A model generated the notes under the pieces. The model saw nothing but the letters and a program-made list of their open reading frames with translations. It did no database searches and had not been told where the DNA came from. Shown here piece after piece: positions 17,785 to 28,173 of a DNA stretch of 64,000 nucleotides; within the stretch, counting starts at the first letter, position 1; the number at the start of each line of letters is the position of its first letter. The DNA lies in NCBI GenBank assembly GCA_045636045.1, contig JAZTWT010000004.1:52257-116256 (forward strand). Reading direction: 5' to 3'. Position numbers and translations under genes: made by a program. The DNA comes from Candidatus Enterousia sp. GTDB lineage: Bacteria; Pseudomonadota; Alphaproteobacteria; Rs-D84.

Positions 17785-19129
17785 AATCTTTGTTTAAAAA
17801 CTTTTCCAACCATTTGTTATCAAAGTTTAACTGTTTAACATCCTTGTTATTCAACAGTTTTCTTTGCAATGGTATTGTTGTTTTGACCCCTTCAATTACA
17901 AATTCATCCAACGCACGTTGTGCGCGCATAATACATGCCGGTCTGTTTTGTGCGTGAATAATTAATTTTGCAATCATTGAATCGTATGTTGGTGGGATTG
18001 TGTATCCTGTATAAACTGCGCTATCCACGCGTACACCCATTCCACCTGATGGTGCATACAGTGTGATTTTTCCTGGGTTTGGAACAAAATTATCTGGATC
18101 TTCGGCGTTGATACGAAATTCTATCGCATGTCCATTTGGAATAACATTTGATTGGTTGTACCCCAGTTTTTCGCCGGCTGCCACACGAATTTGTTCGCGC
18201 ACCAAATCAACGCCATAAACCATTTCTGTGACAGGGTGTTCAACCTGCAGGCGTGTATTCATTTCCAGGAAATAGAATTTTCCATCTTCGAACATAAATT
18301 CAAAGGTTCCTGCATTTGTGTACCCCATTTTTTTTGCAGCACTTTTACAGATTTCAATCATATCGTCGCGCTGTTTCTGGCTTAAAATCGCAGCTGGGCA
18401 TTCTTCCATAACCTTTTGATTTCTTCTTTGCAAAGAACAATCGCGTTCCCCAAAGATAACAACATTGCCGTGTTTATCGCCCAATACCTGAAATTCAATA
18501 TGGCGCGGATGTGTTAATAATTTTTCCATATACAGTGTGTCATCACCAAATGCAGACTTTGCTTCATTCTTGGTCAGGTTGTATGCTTCGCTCATTTCAT
18601 CTGCGTTCATGACAGGTCGCATTCCACGACCGCCGCCGCCAGCCGCTGCCTTCAGCATAACAGGATAACCAATTTTTTCTGCCGTCTCTAACGCGTGTTC
18701 CAGGCTTTCTACTGCGCCATCAGATCCTGGTACCACTGGCAGGCCACATTCAATCGCTGTACGTTTTGCGTTAACCTTATCGCCCATTTTTTCAATCATA
18801 TCGGCTGATGGACCAACCCAAATCATTCCATGTTGTTCAACCTTGCGTGCAAAATCAGCACGTTCGGACAGAAATCCGTATCCTGGATGAATTGCATCTG
18901 CGTTTGCCAACAGGGCCGCTGTTAAAATTGCAGATTCATTCAGATAAGAATCGCGTGCCGGCGCCGGTCCAATGCATACAGATTCATCGGCTAATTGAAC
19001 ATGCATTGCATCCCTGTCTGCGGTTGAATATACTGCAACTGTGCGGATTCCCATATCGCGGCATGCGCGAATAATACGCAGGGCAATTTCCCCACGATTT
19101 GCAATTAAAACTTTTTTTATTTGTGGCAT
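17783..19129 (-). CDS. accC: Acetyl-CoA carboxylase biotin carboxylase subunit
   Basis: 448 aa ATP-grasp protein: KVLIANRGEIALRIIRACRDMGI, glycine-rich loop AAGGGGRGMR, and C-terminal biotin carboxylase domain. Confidence 0.92.
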   Translation of the reverse strand: MPQIKKVLIANRGEIALRIIRACRDMGIRTVAVYSTADRDAMHVQLADESVCIGPAPARDSYLNESAILTAALLANADAIHPGYGFLSERADFARKVEQHGMIWVGPSADMIEKMGDKVNAKRTAIECGLPVVPGSDGAVESLEHALETAEKIGYPVMLKAAAGGGGRGMRPVMNADEMSEAYNLTKNEAKSAFGDDTLYMEKLLTHPRHIEFQVLGDKHGNVVIFGERDCSLQRRNQKVMEECPAAILSQKQRDDMIEICKSAAKKMGYTNAGTFEFMFEDGKFYFLEMNTRLQVEHPVTEMVYGVDLVREQIRVAAGEKLGYNQSNVIPNGHAIEFRINAEDPDNFVPNPGKITLYAPSGGMGVRVDSAVYTGYTIPPTYDSMIAKLIIHAQNRPACIMRAQRALDEFVIEGVKTTIPLQRKLLNNKDVKQLNFDNKWLEKFLNKD

Positions 19130-19134
19130 TTTAT

Positions 19135-19572
19135 TTATTCAATAACAATCAATGGTTGATCAAATTCAACCGCAGCACCATCTGTCACCAAGATTTCTTT
19201 TACGATTCCATCTTTGTCAGATTTGATTGGGTTGAATGTTTTCATTGCCTCTACCAGTGCAACGGTATCGCCTGCTTTGACAGATTTTCCAACAGATACG
19301 AAAGCATCCGCCCCTGGTTCTGGTGCCAGATACACAACCCCGACCATTGGTGATTTTAATGCGTTTGTGTGTGTTGCTTTTACGGGGGTATCTGTTGATT
19401 GTGTTTTTGCCTCAGCCGTGGCAGAACCTGTCACAGCAATTGTTTTTTGTTTTGATAAATGAATATGTTTGCGATATAAGCCAAACAAGAATTGACGTTC
19501 CAAGTTCAATTCTGTAATTCCCATATCATCCATGATTTTAGACATAGATTCTACGGTTGCACGAAATGACAT
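19135..19572 (-). CDS. accB: Biotin carboxyl carrier protein
   Basis: C-terminal biotinyl domain EAMKTFNPIKSDKDGIV (AMKM-type lysine motif), adjacent to accC. Confidence 0.88.
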   Translation of the reverse strand: MSFRATVESMSKIMDDMGITELNLERQFLFGLYRKHIHLSKQKTIAVTGSATAEAKTQSTDTPVKATHTNALKSPMVGVVYLAPEPGADAFVSVGKSVKAGDTVALVEAMKTFNPIKSDKDGIVKEILVTDGAAVEFDQPLIVIE

Positions 19573-19638
19573 TTTTTATCCTTTATTATAATTAATCGTC
19601 TCGCATTAAGTAAAATTGTATCATATTATGGCGTATTG

Positions 19639-19867
19639 TCAAGGTACAGGGTCGTATCCGCACCCACCACCCGGTCTGCAGCGTGATATGCGTTTAATTC
19701 CCATCCATATCCCACGAACAGTGCCATGTTTTTCGATGGCCTGTCGTGTATATTCGCTGCATGTTGGGATAAAACGGCACACTGCCCTGCCCCCAATTAG
19801 CGGGGATATGGCGCATTGATATGTGCGTACCAATGCGATTGCGATTTTATTAACAGCAGATTGTTTT

Positions 19868-19875
<8 letters not shown>
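19639..19875 (-). CDS. yidD: Membrane protein insertion efficiency factor YidD
   Basis: [33 protein letters not shown] matches the YidD family. Confidence 0.85.
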
Positions 19876-21379
<1,504 letters not shown>

Positions 21380-21382
21380 AAA

Positions 21383-21407
21383 AATACCCCGTTTGGGGAT
21401 TTTTTGT
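21383..21407 (+). terminator. Intrinsic terminator after mreB (taccccgtttggggat + T-run)
   Basis: Hairpin followed by TTTTTTG. Confidence 0.6.
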
Positions 21408-21410
21408 TGA

Positions 21411-21439
21411 AAAAACACCGGTATTTACCGGTGTTTTTA
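21411..21439. terminator. Palindromic terminator after gpsA (acaccggtatttaccggtgt)
   Basis: Perfect palindrome with A-run and T-run flanks. Confidence 0.6.
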
Positions 21440-22303
21440 TTATATTTTTAATTCGTTTTGCATCTTAATTAATATCGGCGTATCAACCCCCAGTTCTTTT
21501 GCGCGTGCGACTAAACCTCGCAATGCAAAAATACCCTCGACTGTGCCGCTGGGCTCTTCGCCGCGTGCGATTGCCATCCCACCTGAAAAGTTGCGACTGG
21601 TTTCGCTTGTTGCGGACAAGAATAAATCCCCTATTCCACATAATTCTAAAAATGTTTGTGTCTTTGCGCCCATTGCCAATCCAATACGCATAACTTCATT
21701 CCATGCGCGCGTAAATATCATTGCGCGTTCATTTTCGCCGGCTGCTGCAATTTTATTGTATCCACAAATCAGTGACAGTGCGTTTTTACCAACGCCACAA
21801 ACTTCAGCGCCAATAATGTCATCGCTTTCATCCAGGTATAATTTATTTAAAGTTTCTGTACCTGCAACCAATGCATCACGTGTACCTGCCAATGTTGAAC
21901 CTGTTGGGACACCGTGTGCGACCTCGGCTGCAAATTGTGGACCTGACAGAACGCCAAACTCATGGCATTCTGGTAATTCTGTTTCCAGTATTTCAGACAT
22001 AAATTGTCCTGTTGTGCTTTCTGCACCCTTGGTGCAAATTATAATAGGTTGACCATTATAAAATTTTCGTACCTTGCGCAGTGTTTCACGAAAGAATGCT
22101 GCTGGTGTCACAATTAACCATATGTCCATATCAAACAGATCTGACAAATCACCTGTCATTTGGATGTTTTCTGGAATTTTTATATCTTCAAAATGTTTGT
22201 GTTCACCGTCATAAGACCACAATGTCACATCTGCACCACTGCGCGCAGAAACAATTGCCAGTGCTGTACCCCATGCACCTGCACCAATTACACCTGTTTT
22301 CAT
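21440..22303 (-). CDS. gpsA: NAD(P)H-dependent glycerol-3-phosphate dehydrogenase
   Basis: MKTGVIGAGAWGTALA Rossmann fold and the conserved GpsA central and C-terminal regions. Confidence 0.85.
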   Translation of the reverse strand: MKTGVIGAGAWGTALAIVSARSGADVTLWSYDGEHKHFEDIKIPENIQMTGDLSDLFDMDIWLIVTPAAFFRETLRKVRKFYNGQPIIICTKGAESTTGQFMSEILETELPECHEFGVLSGPQFAAEVAHGVPTGSTLAGTRDALVAGTETLNKLYLDESDDIIGAEVCGVGKNALSLICGYNKIAAAGENERAMIFTRAWNEVMRIGLAMGAKTQTFLELCGIGDLFLSATSETSRNFSGGMAIARGEEPSGTVEGIFALRGLVARAKELGVDTPILIKMQNELKI

Positions 22304-23913
22304 TTTAATTTCCTTATCTTTCTTTCGACATTTGGTACGACCGTCAATCCATCGTCTGATAAATCAATCGCGCGTTTGTATGCTTCTAATGCCTTGTCCT
22401 TCTCGCCTTTAGCAGCATGCATGTCGCCCAAATTTACATATAATGAAGAACATGTCTCTGATATTTCGCCGACACGTTCCAGCAGTTCCAGTGCTGCATC
22501 GACTCCTTCGCGTACTGAAACAACATAACCTAAAGTATCCCATGCCAGAATATCGGTTGGGTTTTGACGAACCAGTTCCATTGCATAGTCATATGCGTTT
22601 TCCAGTTCGCGATTCTGCATGGCCCAAATCTTTGCTTGCAGCGAAACTATATCACTGTCAACCATCAGTATTTTTGATGCCTCGCGAATATCTTTTTGTG
22701 CGCTCTTAATATCCCCGAATGCAAAATTAATCTGTGCACGATGTTTGATAAAGAACGCCCTGCCCGTTTCGCTCAGATTGCGGTCCAGTGCTGTATTTAC
22801 TATTCGCAATGCGTTGCGTTTATTGCCATGTTGAATGTGGTATGCGATTACCTTGTTGACGGCTGGTACAAACATTGGATATTCTTTCAATATATCTTCC
22901 AGTGCGTCAATATCGTCGTTTTTTTCTGCCATTCGCAGCTGTGCAAACGGATAGAATGGGCTGTCGGTTTGTATCCTTAGGAAATGTTTATTATAATCGC
23001 CAACATTATTATAAAAATATTGTCCTAAATAATAGTCGATTGTATTGTTGTTTTTTGCGAATTCTGGTGCAGTAATTTGAACGAAACGCAACAACAGCAT
23101 CGCCATATCAGAATACATCATGATTTGTGTATGGGATATATTCTGAACCAGACTGAACGCCAATGCGTTTGTATATCCGCTGAAAAGCGACCAGTCTGGG
23201 ATATTTTCATAATCGGTCATAAACATGCCGCCTGGTCGTGATGTGAAGTCTGCACGCAGTGCACTGGCCTTTTCTGGCATATCGTGATGTGTGTAAAACG
23301 ACATTATGTACATATAATCATTTATGTTCATAAAATCAGACGAGACTTGTTCAAAGTATTCGGCTGCCTTTTTATTATCGCCTAATTCTGCATAAATTTG
23401 TCCGCGTACAAACGCCTTCCATGATTTATTTGTTGGCAGATTATCAATAAACTTAAATGTGTTTGTGCGCCAATCGTTTGCAATTGCAGGCCATATCCGC
23501 AGTGGTGCAACCAGTGCTGATGTATCTGTCTTATGACGATTGTGTAATTCTTTCCATTTATTATTTTTTATCAGATATGCATCATAAATTATACGCGCTG
23601 GCAGACCTTTTTCGTTTTTTAACAGATGTGCATCAAATGGCATGCGTCCTGACAAGAAATCTGATATATAAACTGTATTTTGAACAACCGGAAACGTTTC
23701 ATTTGTCAATGTATCTGAAAATCGTTCTGCTGCTTCAAAGTCGTTCACATAAATCGCATGCTGTGCCGCCAGAAAAGCGCCAAATTTCGATTCGGGAAAT
23801 GAGTATTCTGCCTCTTGGGTGCTGTTTGATAATTTTTTCCATATTGTGCCACCAGTGACTGCAACGATGGCCAATAAACTGATTGTTATAAAAATGCTTT
23901 CTATTTTTTTCAT
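22300..23913 (-). CDS. TPR-repeat protein with N-terminal signal/anchor (537 aa)
   Basis: Hydrophobic N-terminus. Repeated TPR-like helices (AEYFEQV..., ALEAYKRAIDLS). Confidence 0.6.
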   Translation of the reverse strand: MKKIESIFITISLLAIVAVTGGTIWKKLSNSTQEAEYSFPESKFGAFLAAQHAIYVNDFEAAERFSDTLTNETFPVVQNTVYISDFLSGRMPFDAHLLKNEKGLPARIIYDAYLIKNNKWKELHNRHKTDTSALVAPLRIWPAIANDWRTNTFKFIDNLPTNKSWKAFVRGQIYAELGDNKKAAEYFEQVSSDFMNINDYMYIMSFYTHHDMPEKASALRADFTSRPGGMFMTDYENIPDWSLFSGYTNALAFSLVQNISHTQIMMYSDMAMLLLRFVQITAPEFAKNNNTIDYYLGQYFYNNVGDYNKHFLRIQTDSPFYPFAQLRMAEKNDDIDALEDILKEYPMFVPAVNKVIAYHIQHGNKRNALRIVNTALDRNLSETGRAFFIKHRAQINFAFGDIKSAQKDIREASKILMVDSDIVSLQAKIWAMQNRELENAYDYAMELVRQNPTDILAWDTLGYVVSVREGVDAALELLERVGEISETCSSLYVNLGDMHAAKGEKDKALEAYKRAIDLSDDGLTVVPNVERKIRKLK

Positions 23914-23934
23914 GACTATGCTAGAATAGCGCTT

Positions 23935-24495
23935 ATGAAGAACAAAGTCAAATTTGAACAGTATGCAAATCTATTGCGTGAATGGTCTGGGCGAATGAAT
24001 TTAGTTGCGCCCAGCACATTAAATGATATTGAAAAACGGCATTTTGCGGACTCTGCGCAGCTTGCGGGTGTTTTGCCGGTTGGGGTTAATGTTATTGATT
24101 TGGGCAGTGGTGCTGGTTTTCCTGGGGTTGTATTGGCGATATTGGGGTGGCATGTCACATGTGTCGAATCGATTGGAAAAAAAGTGGCTTTTTTAAACGC
24201 GGTTAAAGACCAATTGAAATTAGATAATCTGACGGTTTATCATGGTCGTGTTGAAGATTTTGTCCGGACTTTACCGGCGAAAAGTAATGATTTTGTGTTT
24301 ACTGCGCGTGCTTTTGCTTCCTTAACTAAGATTATGGATTATGTTGCAAAAACAAAATGCCGGCTTTTTTTATTAAAAGGCCGGAAGATAGAAGAAGAAA
24401 TATTAGAAGCAAAACATAAATATAAGTTTGAGTTCGAATTGACCCAATCTACAACAGGTGATGGTTTTATAATTTCTGTGCGTTTTTGCCGGTAA
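23935..24495 (+). CDS. rsmG: 16S rRNA (guanine527-N7)-methyltransferase RsmG (GidB)
   Basis: SAM-binding VIDLGSGAGFPGVVLAI. It occupies the classical position upstream of parA-parB. Confidence 0.85.
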   Translation: MKNKVKFEQYANLLREWSGRMNLVAPSTLNDIEKRHFADSAQLAGVLPVGVNVIDLGSGAGFPGVVLAILGWHVTCVESIGKKVAFLNAVKDQLKLDNLTVYHGRVEDFVRTLPAKSNDFVFTARAFASLTKIMDYVAKTKCRLFLLKGRKIEEEILEAKHKYKFEFELTQSTTGDGFIISVRFCR

Positions 24496-24510
24496 TTTCA
24501 TGTGAAATAA
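24496..24510. promoter_or_regulatory. parS-like near-palindrome (tttcatgtgaaataa), copy 1
   Basis: Resembles the TGTTTCACGTGAAACA parS consensus with 2-3 mismatches. Sits between the rsmG stop and parA. Confidence 0.35.
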
Positions 24511-24613
24511 CAGTTAATTTGTTGAAAAAACTGAAAAAAATAATAAAAATTGAAGAAAGGCCGGGGTGTCCAGTTTTTTTATTGTTATAAAATATTATGT
24601 TGTTTTTTATTTG

Positions 24614-24628
24614 TTTCATGTGAAATAA
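24614..24628. promoter_or_regulatory. parS-like near-palindrome, copy 2 (tGTTTCAtGTGAAAtA in context)
   Basis: Exact 15-nt repeat of copy 1, located 118 bp downstream and about 100 bp upstream of parA. Confidence 0.4.
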
Positions 24629-24733
24629 GGTTTAGTGGTTTATTTTTAGTTGGTTTTCTTTGTGTGGGTTTTATGTTCTTGACCGAATCGATTGCTTTTT
24701 ATACCCTTGCTATGAAAAAAAATGGAAGGAGAT

Positions 24734-25516
24734 ATGACACATATTATTGCGTTTGCGAATCAAAAAGGCGGTGTTGGAAAGACTACAACCGCTATAAATA
24801 TAGGGGCGTCCCTGGCGGCAATTAAAAAACGTGTTTTGCTGGTTGATTTGGATCAACAGGGTAATGCAGGGACCGGTTTGGGTTTTGAACGTGCATCTCA
24901 CAGTCAAAGTGTGTACGGTGTTATTATGAACGAAGCCAAGGCGGCGGATAATATTCTCAGCACTGCTGTTCCTGGTTTGCATTTGTTGCCGTCGTCCCAG
25001 GCCTTGGCTGGTGCAGATATTGATTTGCTGGATGCGCATAACCGTGAATTTCGTTTGCGTGATGCGTTGCAGCCGATAATGGATTATTATGATTATATTC
25101 TGCTGGACTGTCCGCCTGCTTTGGGGTATTTAACAATAAATGCATTGGCGGCGGCAAATTCGATTGTGATTCCATTACAATGTGAGTTTTTTGCTCTAGA
25201 AGGTGTTCAGCAGTTACGTGACACAATTTCTGTTGTTCAGGAAAAATGGAATCCGGATTTGAAGATATTGGGGATTTTGCTGACGATGTATGATCGGCGT
25301 TATGGTTTGACGCGTGCTGTTGATGAAGATGTGCGTGCGACATTTGGTGATGCGGTGTTTAAGACGGTTGTGCCGCGTAATGTCCGTGTGTCTGAGGCGC
25401 CAAGTCATGGTAAACCAGCATTGTTTTATGATTTTAATTCAACCGGGGCCCAGGCATATTTGCGTGTCGCGACCGAGGTTGTAGAAAGAACCACAGGGGG
25501 GACGGATGGCGAATAA
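24734..25516 (+). CDS. parA: Chromosome partitioning ATPase ParA (Soj)
   Basis: Deviant Walker A KGGVGKTTT. ATG at 24734 is preceded by the Shine-Dalgarno sequence ggaagga. The ORF-track start at 24722 adds 4 codons. Confidence 0.9.
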   Translation: MTHIIAFANQKGGVGKTTTAINIGASLAAIKKRVLLVDLDQQGNAGTGLGFERASHSQSVYGVIMNEAKAADNILSTAVPGLHLLPSSQALAGADIDLLDAHNREFRLRDALQPIMDYYDYILLDCPPALGYLTINALAAANSIVIPLQCEFFALEGVQQLRDTISVVQEKWNPDLKILGILLTMYDRRYGLTRAVDEDVRATFGDAVFKTVVPRNVRVSEAPSHGKPALFYDFNSTGAQAYLRVATEVVERTTGGTDGE

Positions 25517-26384
25517 ATTTGGATTGGGACGTGGACTTGCTGATTTGCAAAGTGCGCGTGGTGTTATACCGGATATTTCATTATTAACACCCAGCGAACG
25601 TGTTGTTGTGAAACAGGTGCCATTGGCGCAAATTGGTGCAAATCCAGATCAGCCACGTAAAACATTTACAGAAAATGAATTGGCTGATTTGGCGGCATCT
25701 ATCCGTGAAAAAGGTGTGTTGCAGCCGATATTGTTGCGCAGTGTGACCGGACGCCCATATATGTATGAAATTGTCGCAGGCGAGCGTCGTTTTCGTGCAT
25801 CAAAAATTGCAGGTAAAACAGAAATACCGGCCTTGATAAAAACGATTACGGATGATAATGCACGCGAAATTGCATTGATTGAAAATGTTCAGCGTGAAAA
25901 TTTAAATCCAATCGAAGAAGCGAATGCGTATAAGAATCTTATGGAATGTTGTGATTATGAGTTAATGGATGTTGCGCGATTAATTGGTAAGTCGGACAGT
26001 TATATTCGCAATATGTTGCGTTTGACATCATTACCAGATTCTGTGCAAAACTTGGTGGGGCAGGGGGAATTATCGGCATCGCATGCGCGCACAATCGCAG
26101 TTGCGGAAAATCCCGAAGAGTTGGCGCATCAGGTTATTGCCAAGAAATTGTCTGTTGCAGACACAGATAAGTTGGTCAAGGCTGGACCGCGTGCAAAAAA
26201 GGCGCGAAATCATGTTCAAAAGACGATAGATGTTGCATCTATCCATGATATGGAAACCAAAATAAAATCTGTGCTGGGTGTTCCTGTAAAAATATCGGAA
26301 CGTCGTGGTGGGGCAGGTCAGGTCGTGTTATCTTTCGATACTCGTACTCAATTATTTGAATTGGTTGAAAAATTGTCAAAATAA
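25506..26384 (+). CDS. parB: Chromosome partitioning protein ParB (Spo0J)
   Basis: ParB box GERRFRA plus HTH region. It overlaps the parA stop. Confidence 0.9.
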   Translation: MANKFGLGRGLADLQSARGVIPDISLLTPSERVVVKQVPLAQIGANPDQPRKTFTENELADLAASIREKGVLQPILLRSVTGRPYMYEIVAGERRFRASKIAGKTEIPALIKTITDDNAREIALIENVQRENLNPIEEANAYKNLMECCDYELMDVARLIGKSDSYIRNMLRLTSLPDSVQNLVGQGELSASHARTIAVAENPEELAHQVIAKKLSVADTDKLVKAGPRAKKARNHVQKTIDVASIHDMETKIKSVLGVPVKISERRGGAGQVVLSFDTRTQLFELVEKLSK

Positions 26385-26392
26385 AAATGTTA

Positions 26393-26425
26393 AAAAAACA
26401 CCGGCAAAAGCCGGTTTTGTTTATT
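26393..26425 (+). terminator. Intrinsic terminator after parB (caccggcaaaagccggtt + T-run)
   Basis: Hairpin followed by a T-run. Confidence 0.6.
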
Positions 26426-26468
26426 TTTTATTTTTTATTTTATTGTAAGTACACAAATTATATTGTTG

Positions 26469-26498
26469 AAAAAAAGCCGGTATTTGCCGGCTTTTTTA
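26469..26498 (-). terminator. Intrinsic terminator after the radical SAM gene (agccggtatttgccggct)
   Basis: Perfect hairpin abutting the stop codon, with a T-run on the minus strand. Confidence 0.6.
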
Positions 26499-27608
26499 TC
26501 TCTTTTTTATGTGAAACAGATTTAGAACATTTTTTATGTCGTTCTTTATACTTACTGCAACCCGTCGATTTGTTTCATTAAACACATAACGTGCTTCTTC
26601 TTTGCCTGCCTGTATAATCAAATCCTGTCTAATGTCATTTAATGGTCGTGGCGTACCATTTTTGTTGCGCCAAGGTACAGTTATCTTTTTGCCTGAATTT
26701 TCGCCCAATGTAACATTCCCGAATGAATCAAATGCCATTAAAACCAGTGGCGAATTTCCAGGGGTCAGGAATGAAAACTGTGGTGTTGGCGTATGGTATG
26801 TGTTTTCGATATTTTTTGCGCGTCCACCGTCGAATAATGCGCTGATTGAGAATTTAAGAACAATATTTTTATTTACGGACCACATTGTATTCTGTGGGGC
26901 GGGGTGGATATTGTTTTCTGTGCCATCAAAGATCATTAATTGATGTACATCATTAAATTTATTGCGCAGATTATCCAACAGTTTTTCAATCATATCCACA
27001 TCTTGTTCAAACGAAACAATGTTGATAACCAGGCTGCTGTTTTTCTGTCTGCGTGACATTTCCGTGATAAAATCAATGTTTTTTTGTATTGCGTGTGGAT
27101 GAAATCTGTCCAGTGACAATGATACCTGCATTGGAATTAATCTGAAACTGCTAGTACTGTGGGTGCTTAATACATCAACCAGGTCATTAAATATATCATC
27201 GTGCATGGGGGTGTTTGTCCATCCTGCATTTGTCTTAATGTCCACACTGCATCCGTTATCTAATCCTGTATTTAGTAATTTTTTTGCATAGTTTTTCTCA
27301 GTATGGTATTTGTATGCGCTCATAATCTCGCCACCTGTAAAGACCAAATTTTTGCCAAATTTTGGGTCTTTTATGGCTTGTTTAATATAGTCTTCTATTA
27401 TTGTTGTTGATATATATTCTTTTGGCATCTTTGCGCCGGCTGATTCGCAACAGTGTGGACAGTTATACCAACAGTAATGCGTGGTTTTAAAAACCAACAT
27501 ATACGGGAATTCGTGAATAATATTGGCCACATGTGATGTTCGTAAGAAAAAATCAGTTATAAATTTTTGAGGTGTTTTCATGTATAGCATAATAACACAA
27601 AACAACAC
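26496..27608 (-). CDS. Radical SAM enzyme of unknown function (stand-alone, single 4Fe-4S motif)
   Basis: CWYNCPHC is a CxxxCxxC motif about 40 aa from the N-terminus, and VFTGGEIM is the GGE SAM-binding motif. There is no second Cys cluster, so no SPASM or twitch domain. The true start may be the internal ATG at 27581 (MKTPQKF...). Confidence 0.65.
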   Translation of the reverse strand: MLFCVIMLYMKTPQKFITDFFLRTSHVANIIHEFPYMLVFKTTHYCWYNCPHCCESAGAKMPKEYISTTIIEDYIKQAIKDPKFGKNLVFTGGEIMSAYKYHTEKNYAKKLLNTGLDNGCSVDIKTNAGWTNTPMHDDIFNDLVDVLSTHSTSSFRLIPMQVSLSLDRFHPHAIQKNIDFITEMSRRQKNSSLVINIVSFEQDVDMIEKLLDNLRNKFNDVHQLMIFDGTENNIHPAPQNTMWSVNKNIVLKFSISALFDGGRAKNIENTYHTPTPQFSFLTPGNSPLVLMAFDSFGNVTLGENSGKKITVPWRNKNGTPRPLNDIRQDLIIQAGKEEARYVFNETNRRVAVSIKNDIKNVLNLFHIKKR

Positions 27609-27616
27609 TTTGTCAA
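27589..27616 (-). promoter_or_regulatory. Putative promoter for the radical SAM gene (TTGACA - 16 nt - TATTAT on the minus strand)
   Basis: -35 is the reverse complement of 27611-27616 and -10 is the reverse complement of 27589-27594. The predicted transcription start is about at the ATG at 27581, which would give a leaderless or near-leaderless mRNA. Confidence 0.3.
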
Positions 27617-27637
27617 TATATGTTTTGTAAAACGAAA

Positions 27638-27666
27638 ATAAAACCGCCCGATTGGGCGGTCTTTAT
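27638..27666 (-). terminator. Intrinsic terminator after pal (accgcccgattgggcggt)
   Basis: Hairpin followed by a T-run on the minus strand. Confidence 0.6.
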
Positions 27667-27679
27667 AAATTTGCAACAA

Positions 27680-28096
27680 TTATTTAACTGTTGTTGTGGC
27701 GTTACGGTTCCATTTCCAAACTTCTTCGCCAGAACCCTTTACCAATGGGCGTTCTTTACCATAAGAGATAGTAGAGATACGTTTTGCATCGATACCGTCG
27801 TTTACGATAACTTTTTTCGCTGCGTTTGCGCGGCGTGCACCCAGTGCCAAGTTGTATTCTGTTGAACCGCGTTCGTCGCAATTACCTGCGATTTGGATTT
27901 TAACATCTTCGTGGTTTTTCATATACAAAGCCTGACCCAACAGGTTGTTTTTTGCATCTTCGCTGATTTCAGAAGAATTGAAACCAAAGAATACGCGCTG
28001 ATCGTTCAAATCAGCAGGTTCAACGATGGCTGAGCCGCCACATGCTGCCAACAGGCCAGCTACACCTGCCAACAAAGCAAAGTTTTTGATTTTCAT
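27680..28096 (-). CDS. pal: Peptidoglycan-associated lipoprotein Pal (OmpA-like domain)
   Basis: Lipobox LLAACGGS and the OmpA C-like domain (NLALGARRANAAKKVIV). Confidence 0.85.
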   Translation of the reverse strand: MKIKNFALLAGVAGLLAACGGSAIVEPADLNDQRVFFGFNSSEISEDAKNNLLGQALYMKNHEDVKIQIAGNCDERGSTEYNLALGARRANAAKKVIVNDGIDAKRISTISYGKERPLVKGSGEEVWKWNRNATTTVK

Positions 28097-28173
28097 GAAA
28101 ATACTCCCTTGTGTTTCTGTTGCTCGTGGTTTATTTTACAATAAAAGGTTTGAATTATCAAGGAAAAACAAAA

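Noticed and set aside
24496-24628. Possible CRISPR repeat (tttcatgtgaaataa occurs twice).
   Set aside because: There are only two copies, no regular spacer periodicity and no cas genes. It is better explained as parS-like ParB sites.
26387-26581. 64-aa plus-strand ORF between parB and the radical SAM gene, a candidate RiPP precursor.
   Set aside because: It spans two intrinsic terminator hairpins and overlaps the radical SAM 3' end in antisense. It has low-complexity F/Y/L-rich composition and no Shine-Dalgarno sequence.
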